A stretch of DNA of 64,000 bases. It comes from Rubripirellula sp. (GTDB taxonomy: Bacteria > Planctomycetota > Planctomycetia > Pirellulales > Pirellulaceae). Shown piece by piece: positions 10,357 to 20,212 of this stretch. The position numbers and the translations under genes are program-made. Where the stretch lies: contig OZ244207.1 in NCBI GenBank assembly GCA_965216875.1, positions 1,952,001 through 2,016,000 of the forward strand. The letters are read 5' to 3'. The notes beneath the pieces were generated by a model. It was given only the letters and a program-made list of their open reading frames with translations. It was not told where the DNA came from and did no database searches. Position 1 is the first letter of the stretch; each line of letters starts with the position of its first letter.

Positions 10357-11106
10357 ATGTTTGGCTGGTTTAAAGCGCGGTGCCCCGTCGATGTCGCTGC
10401 AAAGCAGTGGATTGAAAACCGTCTCCATTGGCTTTCGGATCAGTTTGGTCGGCACACTTTCACACGCCGCGCCGTCATCCTGCCGACAAATGAATTCTTT
10501 CCCGATCCGATGGATGGGACCGAAGCGAGCGTTCGGAATCTGTTGGACCAGGTATGCCGGTACATGGAGGTCGACCCAAGGCTTGTGGCGCTTGAGATCT
10601 TTACCAATACGAACGAGCTTTGGTTGGTCAACGACGATGGCAAGTACCTTCCCACGGGGGCAGCGGGCCTTTACGAGCAGCGGGTTGGGAAAACGATCAT
10701 TCACATCGAAACATCGGAGTTGATGAACCTTCCCGGGCTTGTGGGCACGATGGCCCATGAGCTAGCTCACCTGCGGTTGATCGGCGAAGGGCGAGTGACG
10801 GGGCACGAATTCGACAATGAACTGCTCACCGATTTAACGGCCGTCTTTCATGGGTTTGGCATTTTCCTCGGTAATTCGCCGCGAAATTGGGATAGCCAAT
10901 ACAGCCGTTGGCCGGGAACGGAGCTCAAACGCCCCGAATACATGACGCTGCCGATGTTCGCCTATGCACTCGCTCATGCGGCTTGGTTTCGCGGGCAACG
11001 CAAACCAGACTGGTACCCGTTTTTATCCTTCGATCTCAAGCCTTGTTTCAAACAGGGATTGCGTTACTTGATCGAGTCAGAAGACTCCATATTTCATCCT
11101 GGATGA
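10357..11106 (+). CDS. hypothetical zinc metalloprotease-like protein (HExxH)
   Basis: MAHELAHLRL motif followed by NELLTD. Confidence 0.7.
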   Translation: MFGWFKARCPVDVAAKQWIENRLHWLSDQFGRHTFTRRAVILPTNEFFPDPMDGTEASVRNLLDQVCRYMEVDPRLVALEIFTNTNELWLVNDDGKYLPTGAAGLYEQRVGKTIIHIETSELMNLPGLVGTMAHELAHLRLIGEGRVTGHEFDNELLTDLTAVFHGFGIFLGNSPRNWDSQYSRWPGTELKRPEYMTLPMFAYALAHAAWFRGQRKPDWYPFLSFDLKPCFKQGLRYLIESEDSIFHPG

Positions 11107-11140
11107 CGCGGCCTAACCCCTTTTTCCGAACAAACAAAAA

Positions 11141-11572
11141 ATGCTGCAGCTGGTTCTTTTCTTCGTGGTTGCGTTTCCCTTTGCTTGGCTCGTGTCGGAG
11201 TTCTATGAAAACCGGAGAGTTCGAATCGGGCTCGGCGTTTGTTCGCTCGCAATGTCATTTGGTGTCGCGTGGCTCGTTGGTTCGCTCGACCGGCTTGGAT
11301 CCAATATCTACTTTTCCGAAGCGACGAAGGATCTGATACAAAACACGATTGTCGAACTTGAGAACGAGCGTACCGACATTGTGCTGAGGGAGTTGAAGGT
11401 CCTCCGCACCGATTTTCGACCGACCTACGAGACACGCGACGAATATGATGTTTTGGTCGACCGATACATCCACGCGATCGCTGCGTCCCCGATCGAGCAT
11501 GAAGGCGGTGATCCGCTCTGGTCCCACGAGCATGTTGAGCCGACAAGCGGTGATGATGGAAGCTCGCGTTGA
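11141..11572 (+). CDS. hypothetical membrane protein
   Basis: Two N-terminal hydrophobic helices. Confidence 0.6.
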   Translation: MLQLVLFFVVAFPFAWLVSEFYENRRVRIGLGVCSLAMSFGVAWLVGSLDRLGSNIYFSEATKDLIQNTIVELENERTDIVLRELKVLRTDFRPTYETRDEYDVLVDRYIHAIAASPIEHEGGDPLWSHEHVEPTSGDDGSSR

Positions 11573-11719
11573 ACCGAAAGCGGCGGCGAGTTTCCTTAGG
11601 TCAGGTGTGCAGTGTTGAATCAGAGTTCCAACAATTGGGGGCTACAGAGATGGTTGATTCCGATTCACCGAGAGCCCAATTGCATCGGCAGAACACGCTA
11701 GATTGGGAGGCTGGTCCAA

Positions 11720-12301
11720 GTGAAGAAGGATGAGGCCATTGACCGATTACGCGACGGTGGCGGTCGATTTGGCAAGCAACCCTACAAGACGGTTGCGCTG
11801 GTGTGTGGGGTCGTCTGGTCGATCGTTGTCGCGATGATTGCGATACCGATCGCTTGCCTGTGTGTCCTACTTCTACTAGCGCCCTTCTTTCTTTGCGAGC
11901 GACTAGGAAAGTTCCGATGGCTTCCGTTGACGTCTGCGGTGCATTTGGTGGCCGTCGTGTTGATCGCAAACGTTCTATTCGGAGCAACGATTGCGATTTG
12001 TGTCGGTGTCCTGATCTTGGGGAACTTGCTTTCGACGCTCTCGATCTTTCCGCGGCCGCGCGTGTTGCGCGCGGTTTGCAACGCAGTCGACAATTTGCAA
12101 GGGCCGATGGGCAAGAAACTGTTTTACCGACGCATTCGAGTTCACAATGTGACGTCAGAATACTGCGATCTCGAGCTTGAATTGCGTGAATTCACGATCC
12201 CACCGCTATCTGAATGTTGTCGGGTCTACGACGCCTCCGGAATGGTTGGAGAGATTCCGATCGACGAGTACCCCTATCCGTGCCCTAATCCGTTTATCTA
12301 A
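11720..12301 (+). CDS. hypothetical membrane protein
   Basis: Several TM segments; GGAGG RBS upstream of the GTG. Confidence 0.55.
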   Translation: MKKDEAIDRLRDGGGRFGKQPYKTVALVCGVVWSIVVAMIAIPIACLCVLLLLAPFFLCERLGKFRWLPLTSAVHLVAVVLIANVLFGATIAICVGVLILGNLLSTLSIFPRPRVLRAVCNAVDNLQGPMGKKLFYRRIRVHNVTSEYCDLELELREFTIPPLSECCRVYDASGMVGEIPIDEYPYPCPNPFI

Positions 12302-12456
12302 ACACTTGGCAGATGGCCAACTGTTTGCCTCTTAGTCGTGGCTGCGGAAAGGGAACTACTGGGGAATTCAGAGTGAGTACTGATTCAGTGATTGTCTTTG
12401 TTGGTGAGGGTGGCCAGACTTGTACGGTGAACTACTCCCTTGCGCGGAAACAAACC

Positions 12457-12984
12457 ATGCGATACGCATCCACTCTTTTGGCGATCCTATTTTTCGGCAG
12501 TCACGCCGATGCTCAACTCATTGTGGTCAAGGGCAAGCACATGACGGTTGAGGTGGCATCGGATGTCCCGCCGGAACTGCGCGGTGATGTGACGCTGTCA
12601 TTCAGAGCCCTCGATACGTTCTTTGACGGTGGTTCGCAGGGAGCGGATTTCCGAATCAATGGCCAGAGCAAGTTGCTGCTCTTCTTTCCGCATGTTAGAT
12701 ATTGGACGGCTGACGCACGGGAGAAACAGACGCAACCGGTCGGCGTGCTCAAAAGGCGCGACGGAAAGCAAGTGCTCGTGGAGATCAAGCCGAGTTCGAA
12801 GTTCAATTCGCGGGTCGCCGACTTGATTGACGCTGACGTTTCCTCCGGCAGTCATTCCGCTGAAGAGGTCGCGACGCTCAAACGCGTGGCGAAGAGCGTT
12901 CGAAAGCGGACGGTGCTCAAAGAGATCGCCGATCGTATGGACCCCAGCACGGGCGAGCTCAAGAAGGTCGACCCGTCTGATTGA
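12457..12984 (+). CDS. hypothetical exported protein
   Basis: Signal peptide MRYASTLLAILFFGSHADA. Confidence 0.6.
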   Translation: MRYASTLLAILFFGSHADAQLIVVKGKHMTVEVASDVPPELRGDVTLSFRALDTFFDGGSQGADFRINGQSKLLLFFPHVRYWTADAREKQTQPVGVLKRRDGKQVLVEIKPSSKFNSRVADLIDADVSSGSHSAEEVATLKRVAKSVRKRTVLKEIADRMDPSTGELKKVDPSD

Positions 12985-13036
12985 GATCAGCGGTGAAGAG
13001 GCTGGTCGTGTGGTCGTGGCATCGCCGGGCTAGGTC

Positions 13037-13060
13037 GTAGCTACCTTCGCCAGAAGGTGG
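13037..13060. repeat. REP family B variant (GTAGCTACCTTCGCCAGAAGGTGG)
   Basis: Matches the left arm at 18759 apart from the last base; compensatory stem changes relative to 1109. Confidence 0.75.
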
Positions 13061-13152
13061 ATTGGTAGCGTGGTTGCCTTCCACTTGGTCCACGCATTGC
13101 GCGAGAATCGTTTTGGTTGGTGTGTCACGAGGTAAAGTGCTTGCTCAGGTTA

Positions 13153-13280
13153 ACGCGAGCTCCAACAATCACCCTCCCGCTTGCGGGAGGGTCGGACGCA
13201 AAGTCCGGGGAGGGAGTGGTCGATACAGAATAAACCCTCTCCGGGCCTTAGAGCCCGACTCTCCCAAGGGAGAGTGTTAG
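13153..13280. repeat. family E palindromic repeat, long form (CCCTCCCGCTTGCGGGAGGG...CTCTCCC...GGGAGAG)
   Basis: Several GC-rich hairpins; its 5' part matches 8311-8347 in inverted orientation. Confidence 0.7.
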
Positions 13281-13354
13281 CATATGTAGCACTAACGCTA
13301 CGGATTGCAATTGTGCTTCCACTAGCAGAAATCCCGGACCGAGTTCACGCTAAA

Positions 13355-13444
13355 TGAGCCGCGATCGAGTAAGCGGCCGGGCCTTGGTCGCCTTCACACT
13401 CGCGGCGCGTCGGCAAGGCCCGAGGCCTGACGGCCAGCGGCTCA
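13355..13444. repeat. family F palindromic element (TGAGCCGC...GCGGCTCA)
   Basis: Terminal inverted repeats and internal hairpins in an intergenic region. Confidence 0.5.
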
Positions 13445-13502
13445 GGCACGCAGCCCACGCTCTGCGAGCGTGGGCGCATCGTTGTTGCCGCTCGGTTTTT
13501 CG

Positions 13503-15014
13503 CTACACGTCTGAGCCGGCGGGCACTTCGAAGCCGGAACGGTATTCTCGGGAAAGCATTTCGTTGGCTTTGTCGTTGTTGGTGAACTTCTCGGACTTGG
13601 CATCAAACTTGAGCATCGGTCCGAGGGCCAGTGGCGTGGCGCCCAAGTCGACCCCATTCGACTCGAGATGCGAGACGGTTCGTTCGAGCGTCAGTGCGTT
13701 GTCGTCCAGGCTCTTGATCCCCGAAATCGCCTCTGCGATCTCGGATGGCTTCGCGCGATTCTGTTCGCCGAGGTAGTAGGAGATGTTCCCCAGGTGACTT
13801 ACCGCTGCCGAAAGGTGACCGCACATCGCGTCGGCATTGAGCGAACTGTAGTCACGTGACACGCAGGCATCGATAAAGTTTTTGAAGTGCGCGTCGCCGA
13901 CACCGCTGGTCTTGAACTCGTAGGTCAATTTCATGTCCTTGTCGAAGACGCGACAGTAGTCGTAGCGCGTTTGGGCAACATAGCCTTTGGTGCCATAGAA
14001 AATGACGCCAATCTTGTTGCCGCGGCCTTTGCCAAACATCGCGTCGACTTCGGGACCAGCTGATTGCGAGACGTCCAAGCCGCGAGTTTCAAAGACGATG
14101 CACTTATCGCCGTAATCGTAAATCGAGACTTCGGTGTTTGCGGTGTCGCCGGCGTCAACGTACTTGGGGTCTTTGCGCTCGGCCTGATAACCAAGTCTGC
14201 CACCGTAACTGATCACCGAATCGGGATGGCGATCGAGGCCGAGGCCCCAGCGTGCGATATCGGTCTGATGAGGTCCTTGGTTGCCGAGGTCACCGTTGCC
14301 GTAGTGGCGTTGCCAGTGCCAATCGTAATGGAACTTTGCTCGCGTCAACTTGGGGTCGGTATAGGTCGCCGGGCCGCTCCAGAGATTAAAGTCGACATGG
14401 CCGGGAATCTCGTAGTCCCCTTTGGCCCCAATCGATTTGCGTCGCTTGTAACAGAGGCCACGTGCAAACTTGACGTCGCCGATGCCGCCATCAGCGATGA
14501 ATTTGACGGCTTCCTGGCAGGCGCTACTGCTGCGGCTTTGCGTGCCCGTTTGGAACATGCGGCCGTACTTCTTTGCCGCTTCGACCAGTGCGCGGCCCTC
14601 GTGAATATTGTGACTGATCGGCTTTTCAATGTAGACGTCTTTGCCAGCTTGCATTGCCCAGACGCCCATCAATGCGTGCCAGTGGTTGGGCGTTGCGCAG
14701 GTGAGGATATCGATCCCCTTCATGTCGAGTGCTCGACGAACATCTTTAAAGACCTCGGGACGACTGCCCTGCAGGTCAGCGATCTTGTCGGCGCGACTTT
14801 GCCCGACCTTTTCGTCAATGTCGACGATCGCCCGAATCTCCGTTCGCGAGTCTTTGTTGAAACCGCGAATGTGCTCGCCACCACGGCTGTTGACACCCGC
14901 GATGCAAACTCCAAGTTTTTCGTTGGGACTTTGAGCGTGTGAAGTGCGAAGTGAGGCGGCAGCGAGAGCGGCTGCGGATGCAGCCGTGAATTGACGGCGA
15001 TTGAGTTTCGACAT
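13503..15014 (-). CDS. Gfo/Idh/MocA family oxidoreductase with Tat signal
   Basis: NRRQF twin-arginine motif; ATPNHWH, DVYIEKP and NQGPHQTD motifs. Confidence 0.9.
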   Translation of the reverse strand: MSKLNRRQFTAASAAALAAASLRTSHAQSPNEKLGVCIAGVNSRGGEHIRGFNKDSRTEIRAIVDIDEKVGQSRADKIADLQGSRPEVFKDVRRALDMKGIDILTCATPNHWHALMGVWAMQAGKDVYIEKPISHNIHEGRALVEAAKKYGRMFQTGTQSRSSSACQEAVKFIADGGIGDVKFARGLCYKRRKSIGAKGDYEIPGHVDFNLWSGPATYTDPKLTRAKFHYDWHWQRHYGNGDLGNQGPHQTDIARWGLGLDRHPDSVISYGGRLGYQAERKDPKYVDAGDTANTEVSIYDYGDKCIVFETRGLDVSQSAGPEVDAMFGKGRGNKIGVIFYGTKGYVAQTRYDYCRVFDKDMKLTYEFKTSGVGDAHFKNFIDACVSRDYSSLNADAMCGHLSAAVSHLGNISYYLGEQNRAKPSEIAEAISGIKSLDDNALTLERTVSHLESNGVDLGATPLALGPMLKFDAKSEKFTNNDKANEMLSREYRSGFEVPAGSDV

Positions 15015-15269
15015 GTGTGGTGAGTTCCCAGAACGGGTTGGGGGGAAGGCAAGTTGGAGGCCACATTATGGTGGTTCAACGAGCGGGTGTGTCAAGCGCC
15101 GCGACCGGTTGGTCATCTTCGTCTTCGACGAGGACCAAATAGCACGAAAAAAGGGCCGCTGAAGAGATGCACGAATGACGCGATTTGCACGAATCGAAGA
15201 GTGCCACGGCAAAGAAGGGCAGTGCCAAGGGTGTCTTTGCGAGGAAAGGCACGAATCGAGCGTGGCGGC

Positions 15270-16388
15270 TCACATTTTGCGTCGGACGCTGAATTCGGCG
15301 ATGGCCACAAGCGACTGCTTCGCTTCGCTCTCTTCGAGTCCCGACAAACTCGCCAACGCCTTTTCGCGATATTCTTCGGCTCGCCGACGGGTGTACTCCT
15401 TGGCGTCGCTTTGCGCCAGTAGGTCACGCACTTGCTCAAGCCGGCCCTCGGCTGGGCCCTGCAGGATCGACAGCAGCTTTTCTTTGTCGTTGCCGCCTGA
15501 AGTTTCAAGCAATCGAATCAGAGGCAACGTCATCTTGCCCTGTTGAAGATCCGTTCCGAGCGTCTTGCCAACGGTGTCGTCGTCTCCCCAGAGGTCGAGA
15601 TAGTCATCGGCAATTTGGAAAGCGATACCAACGGCATCGCCAAACGTCGCGAGGTTCGTGGCGGTCGATTCATTGGCGCCGGCGTATTGGGCACCCAGTC
15701 CACAAGCAACACGGCACAACTCGGCTGTCTTGCCGCGAATCATTTCGACGTAGCTTTCTTCGTCGAGGTCGTGCACATCGCGCGAGAGGATCTGACGCAT
15801 CTCGCCTTCGCAAACCAGTCGCGAGGCTTCACCGATTTGGCGGCATGCTTCGGTCGACGACAATGTTGCAGCTAAGCGAAAACTCTGAGCAAACAAGTAG
15901 TCGCCGAGCAGGATGCTGGTGTGGTTGTCCCACCGCGCGTTGACCGTTGGCACATGGCGACGCGTCTCTGCTTCGTCCAGCACGTCGTCATGGATGAGTG
16001 TTGCCGTATGAACCATCTCGATGACCGTACCCAAGACGACATGGTCTTCGGTGACTTTTCCGGAAGCGGCGGCCGAGAGTAACAACATTGCCGGACGCAA
16101 TCGTTTGCCGCCAAGCTGCGTGCCGTGACGCAGCAGCGGAACGAGTGATTCGTAGGGGCTTTGCAGTTCGCTGTTCAGGCGACGTTCGACCGCAGCAAGC
16201 GGCTTCAATATCGGTGCGTAAAGCTGAGCGAGCTTTTCACGTGCGTCACCAGAGACACGACGCTCGGATTCATGAGATTCATTGGCGACACGACGATCCG
16301 ATTCGGTTCGCGTTTGATAAGGATGAGCAGTTGAGGTCGAATCCATCTCGAGATCCAAAGTGATCTTCGTCAAATCGAGCCGTCGCAT
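15270..16388 (-). CDS. polyprenyl diphosphate synthase (IspB/HepT-like)
   Basis: GGKRLRP, HDDVLD (FARM), ADDYLD (SARM), GKTAEL. Start position uncertain. Confidence 0.9.
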   Translation of the reverse strand: MRRLDLTKITLDLEMDSTSTAHPYQTRTESDRRVANESHESERRVSGDAREKLAQLYAPILKPLAAVERRLNSELQSPYESLVPLLRHGTQLGGKRLRPAMLLLSAAASGKVTEDHVVLGTVIEMVHTATLIHDDVLDEAETRRHVPTVNARWDNHTSILLGDYLFAQSFRLAATLSSTEACRQIGEASRLVCEGEMRQILSRDVHDLDEESYVEMIRGKTAELCRVACGLGAQYAGANESTATNLATFGDAVGIAFQIADDYLDLWGDDDTVGKTLGTDLQQGKMTLPLIRLLETSGGNDKEKLLSILQGPAEGRLEQVRDLLAQSDAKEYTRRRAEEYREKALASLSGLEESEAKQSLVAIAEFSVRRKM

Positions 16389-16676
16389 GATTGGGGTGCC
16401 AACGGCGCGGATTGAACGTCAGTATTAGGTCGTCCAGGCAAAGCTTGGTGACGCCGGTCGCCTGGCAAGACCGTCCATTCGACGCGAATTTGCCATCAAC
16501 CGAGTTTTGTCTGGGCTGATTACAGCCGATTAACCGTTTTTTCACACCCCCACGTAACGGTGGCAGCAGCAAAAACGGCTGGGAATCATCTCCAAAATGG
16601 AGTTCGTGAGGCTGCTAAGGAGTGCAAACCCCCCTTGAGCCCACGAAACGGACCATCCACAAGCCCAGCAAATGGA

Positions 16677-17153
16677 TCACCCCTCCCGTTTGAATGTCCC
16701 CGATTTTCCGCCCGATTTTTCCAGCAGCAACACCGGCCCGATCGAAACCTCGCGATCGACCGACTTGACCATGTCATAGACGGTCAGGCAACCGACTGAG
16801 GCCGCGGTCATGGCTTCCATTTCCACGCCGGTCTTTCCCGTAGTCGCCACAGTGACGACGCACCGCAGCGTTTCCGACTCGGGCCAATCGAATTCGACCT
16901 CGACCGATTCAATCGGGATCGAGTGGCAAAGCGGAATCAGTTGCTGAGTGAGCTTGGTTGCGGAAATGGCCGCAAGTCGCGCAACGGCAAGCACGTCGCC
17001 CTTCTTGGTGCCGCCCTCACGAATCATCTCTGCGGTTGCGGCCAACATGCTGACATTGCCTGAGGCGACGGCTCGTCGAGCTGTGGAAGCTTTGGCGGAG
17101 ACGTCGACCATCCGCGCGTTGCCGGCCGAGTCAAAGTGAGTGGAGTCAGACAT
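16677..17153 (-). CDS. moaC: cyclic pyranopterin monophosphate synthase MoaC
   Basis: ARMVDVSAK, LIPLCH, TGVEMEA, YDMVKSVD and KSGGKSG motifs. Confidence 0.95.
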   Translation of the reverse strand: MSDSTHFDSAGNARMVDVSAKASTARRAVASGNVSMLAATAEMIREGGTKKGDVLAVARLAAISATKLTQQLIPLCHSIPIESVEVEFDWPESETLRCVVTVATTGKTGVEMEAMTAASVGCLTVYDMVKSVDREVSIGPVLLLEKSGGKSGTFKREG

Positions 17154-17182
17154 GCGTGTGATTCTAATCGCCTTCGTAAACG

Positions 17183-17219
17183 AAAAAAGGCGTCTCGTAC
17201 TGCGGGGTACGAGACGCCT
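17183..17219 (-). terminator. rho-independent terminator after the HTH-REC regulator
   Basis: 13-bp stem AGGCGTCTCGTAC/GTACGAGACGCCT followed by a U-tract on the minus strand. Confidence 0.75.
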
Positions 17220-17279
17220 GTTCGACGAGGCATTCAGGATCTTTGTCGTGAAACGCCAGAGTGTCTCTGGCAGTTTCGA

Positions 17280-17852
17280 CTAGACCAGCTCTTTCTTGGC
17301 ACCGACGAGCGTTCGGAGACGTTCGGCCAACAGGTGGGCGTCAAACGGCTTCTTGAACGTTTCGTTGATGCTGCTGCGATCGAAGCTCATTGGTTGGCCA
17401 TCATCTGGCAGCAACGCAATGAGGATGATATCGGTAAAGTCGATGTTCTTGCGCAGGTTTTGGCAAATCTGCACCGCTTCGATCTTACCGATCGAGAAGT
17501 CGACGATGATACAATCGGGGTTGAAGCTTTCAGCTTGGATTCCCGCCTCGAAGCCGCTGGCAGCAACAGCCACCTTGAACGCCTTTTCTGGGGGAAGCTC
17601 GCGCTTCAGGTTTTCGATGAGCACTTGGTCTTGGGCGACGATCAGGCATTTAGCCATTGCTTCGTCTTCCAAGTCACCCAAGGGCATGCCGTGCTCTTTG
17701 AGAAACTTGATCAAGTATTCTCGTGGAATACGGCGGTCCTGTGATCCAGGAATGCGGTAGCCTTTCAAGCGCCCCGAATCGAACCATTTGCTTACGGTTC
17801 GGGGTGCTACTTTACAGATCTTGGCGACCTGTCCAGTTGTGAAGACCTTCAT
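17280..17852 (-). CDS. excisionase-like HTH plus receiver-domain regulator
   Basis: MKVFTTGQVAKICKVAPRTVSKWFDSG HTH_17-like start; REC-like C-terminus (PDCIIVD, KKPFD); GGAG RBS. Confidence 0.85.
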   Translation of the reverse strand: MKVFTTGQVAKICKVAPRTVSKWFDSGRLKGYRIPGSQDRRIPREYLIKFLKEHGMPLGDLEDEAMAKCLIVAQDQVLIENLKRELPPEKAFKVAVAASGFEAGIQAESFNPDCIIVDFSIGKIEAVQICQNLRKNIDFTDIILIALLPDDGQPMSFDRSSINETFKKPFDAHLLAERLRTLVGAKKELV

Positions 17853-18758
17853 ATTAGGTTCTCCATAACGCCTCGTTGAATATTCCCTCGAACAATGGTG
17901 CGTCGGTAACCATTGCTCTAGCGGCCCTTCGTCGTTGATCCTCGGCGACACACTCAACCGGTCCTGATCGGCTGTGTTTTGCAGTGATGTGGGTCACGAC
18001 AAAACGGGTGCTGTGAAGTTCTACGCTGGGTCGGGGCCAGCCGGTTTGCATCTTGCGACGCTCTCCGAACGGGTTTTTCTCGCGGTTTGGTTATTAAACG
18101 TGACACAAAGTCATGTGGGTGCATGACCGTCGGGGGTAGATGCTGCGAATCTCCGGCGGACAATGCCCAACGCTCCCTCACTCGATACGCGTCATGCGTT
18201 TGAGTCAGGATCGTTCGGCTATGCTCGCCGAGTCGCTGCCGGTCGCCAGCGAACAGTTAGAAACTGATCGCAGACGCTCAGATGCGTATCCCAGAATCCC
18301 CCCTGGGTGAACTTTGGTCGAGAATCGCCACCGGTTCGCCTTTCTTTCAGCACTTTCGTGCCTCTGGTCTGGCGAACCCGATTCGTGAGACCTCCGTCCG
18401 AGAGTTAGTGTCGAGAAAAACCGGGCTAACTCTTTAGTGCGTTTGAATGCGAACAAGCACTATCAACGGTTTTCGCGCACCCTGTCGCTCTGCTTGTCGC
18501 ATTCAAAACGGTCTGCCGAAACGGAAATCCCCGTGATTCCCAGACAATTGGACGCCTTGGGCCCTCACTAGAGTGCCCTCGCGGGTGGTGGAAAAGTTGG
18601 AAAACTTTTTTTCGGGAAAGCTTCGCGACTCCGTTTTCCCTGGGTGATCGACGCATACCCAACGACTAGTATTCGACCGCAAATCCAGCACGTTCGTTGT
18701 TTTCACTAAAGACGTCACGCGGTGGTCGTATGAGGGCGCCGGTGTGTGAGCTGGCGGC

Positions 18759-18829
18759 GTAGCTACCTTCGCCAGAAGGTGCTTGGTAGTCCGTCTTCCA
18801 CCGCACCACGCTCTGGCGAGCGTAGCTAC
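18759..18829. repeat. REPIN of family B (inverted REP doublet)
   Basis: GTAGCTACCTTCGCCAGAAGGTG...CCACGCTCTGGCGAGCGTAGCTAC. Confidence 0.8.
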
Positions 18830-18936
18830 ATCAAGCGCAATCGCGCGCTTGCGTTGCGATGCATCTTTCGCGACGGGCCGAGAAGGAGTAACGTTCGGAC
18901 TGTTGCTGTTCCTTTCAACGCTTTCAAGGTGATCCC

Positions 18937-20007
18937 ATGGACGAAACCTCGCGCAGCTTCTTCCGCAAAGCAATTGAGACACCGAGCCCGTCAGGTTTTG
19001 AAGAGTTTATCCAGCAACTTGTGCGAGATTACATCACTCCGCATGCAAGCGATGTGCAAACCGATATCCATGGCAATGTGATCGCGACGGCTGGTGATCC
19101 CAGCGGGCCACGCTTGATGTTCGCCGGTCACTGCGACCAAATCGGAATGCTCGTCAACCATATCGACGACAACGGGTTCTTGTACGCCAAGACCATCGGC
19201 GGATGGGACCCCCAGCAATTGATTGGCCAAGCGATGACAGTGTGGACCGAGAAAGGTCCCTTGGCTGCATCGATCAGTCGAAAGCCGATCCACTTGCTTA
19301 GCCCCGCCGAGCGAAAGCAAGTGGTGGAACTGGATCAACTTTGGCTCGATATCGGTGCCAAGAACAAAGCGGATGCGGCGCAGCGTGTTTCGGTTGGTGA
19401 TCCGGTAACCCTCGAACTGAAAATGCGTGAGCTGCTAGGCGGCTTGGTCAGCGGCCCGGGTATGGATAACAAGTCGGGAATGTGGACCGTCGTTGAAGCT
19501 CTGCGCCGAGCGGTGGCAGCAAACGACCCGCTGCAGTGCCACTTGCACAGCGTGACAACTGTACAGGAAGAGATTGGGCTCCGCGGTGCAAAGACCGCTG
19601 CGGGAAGTATCAATCCTGATGTTGCGATTGCCGTCGACGTCACGCACGCCTCCGATTGCCCAACGATTGATAAAAACGTGCACGGCGACATCTCGGTCGG
19701 CGGCGGACCGGTGATCTACCGTGGACCCAACATCAATCGAAAGGTTTCGGCTCGGCTAATCGAGCTGTGCGAAACAAACTCGATCCCCTTCCAATTGGCT
19801 GCGGTCGGTCGGGCAACGTCCAATGATGCCAACGTGCTACAGATTCACGGCGGCGGCGTCGCAACAGGCCTCGTCGCTGTTCCCAATCGCTATATGCATT
19901 CAGCGGTCGAAGTGATCTCGACGGACGACATTGACCATGTTGCCCAGCTTCTGTCACTGTTCGCCCAATCGCTTAGCCCGAGCGACGATTTCACGCCAAG
20001 CATTTAG
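18937..20007 (+). CDS. M42 family metallopeptidase
   Basis: AGHCDQIG, MDNKSG, VQEEIGLRGA and RYMHSAVE motifs. Confidence 0.9.
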   Translation: MDETSRSFFRKAIETPSPSGFEEFIQQLVRDYITPHASDVQTDIHGNVIATAGDPSGPRLMFAGHCDQIGMLVNHIDDNGFLYAKTIGGWDPQQLIGQAMTVWTEKGPLAASISRKPIHLLSPAERKQVVELDQLWLDIGAKNKADAAQRVSVGDPVTLELKMRELLGGLVSGPGMDNKSGMWTVVEALRRAVAANDPLQCHLHSVTTVQEEIGLRGAKTAAGSINPDVAIAVDVTHASDCPTIDKNVHGDISVGGGPVIYRGPNINRKVSARLIELCETNSIPFQLAAVGRATSNDANVLQIHGGGVATGLVAVPNRYMHSAVEVISTDDIDHVAQLLSLFAQSLSPSDDFTPSI

Positions 20008-20212
20008 TCTCGGCAAAAACCTGCTGCCCTTTTTGTTTTGGGCCCTTCAATGCGTGAGAAATCTGGCGAAAGGCCGGGCTGTGATCGCGTCCACGCGATT
20101 CCAACCGTTGCTGGTGAGAAACGTGTAAGATAGTTGGGTCGAGACCGTGTTGATGAGGAAGGGGCGCGGACAAAACTCTCATCAACCACTACCAACTAAG
20201 GTGCGCAACACG

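Noticed and set aside
8980..11140. attC remnants in the island (GTTAGG at about 9755, GCCTAAC at about 11111)
   Set aside because: Only isolated half-sites were seen, with no paired R/L boxes; chance occurrence is plausible.
17280..17852. Prophage excisionase
   Set aside because: The HTH is fused to a receiver domain and no integrase or phage genes are nearby.
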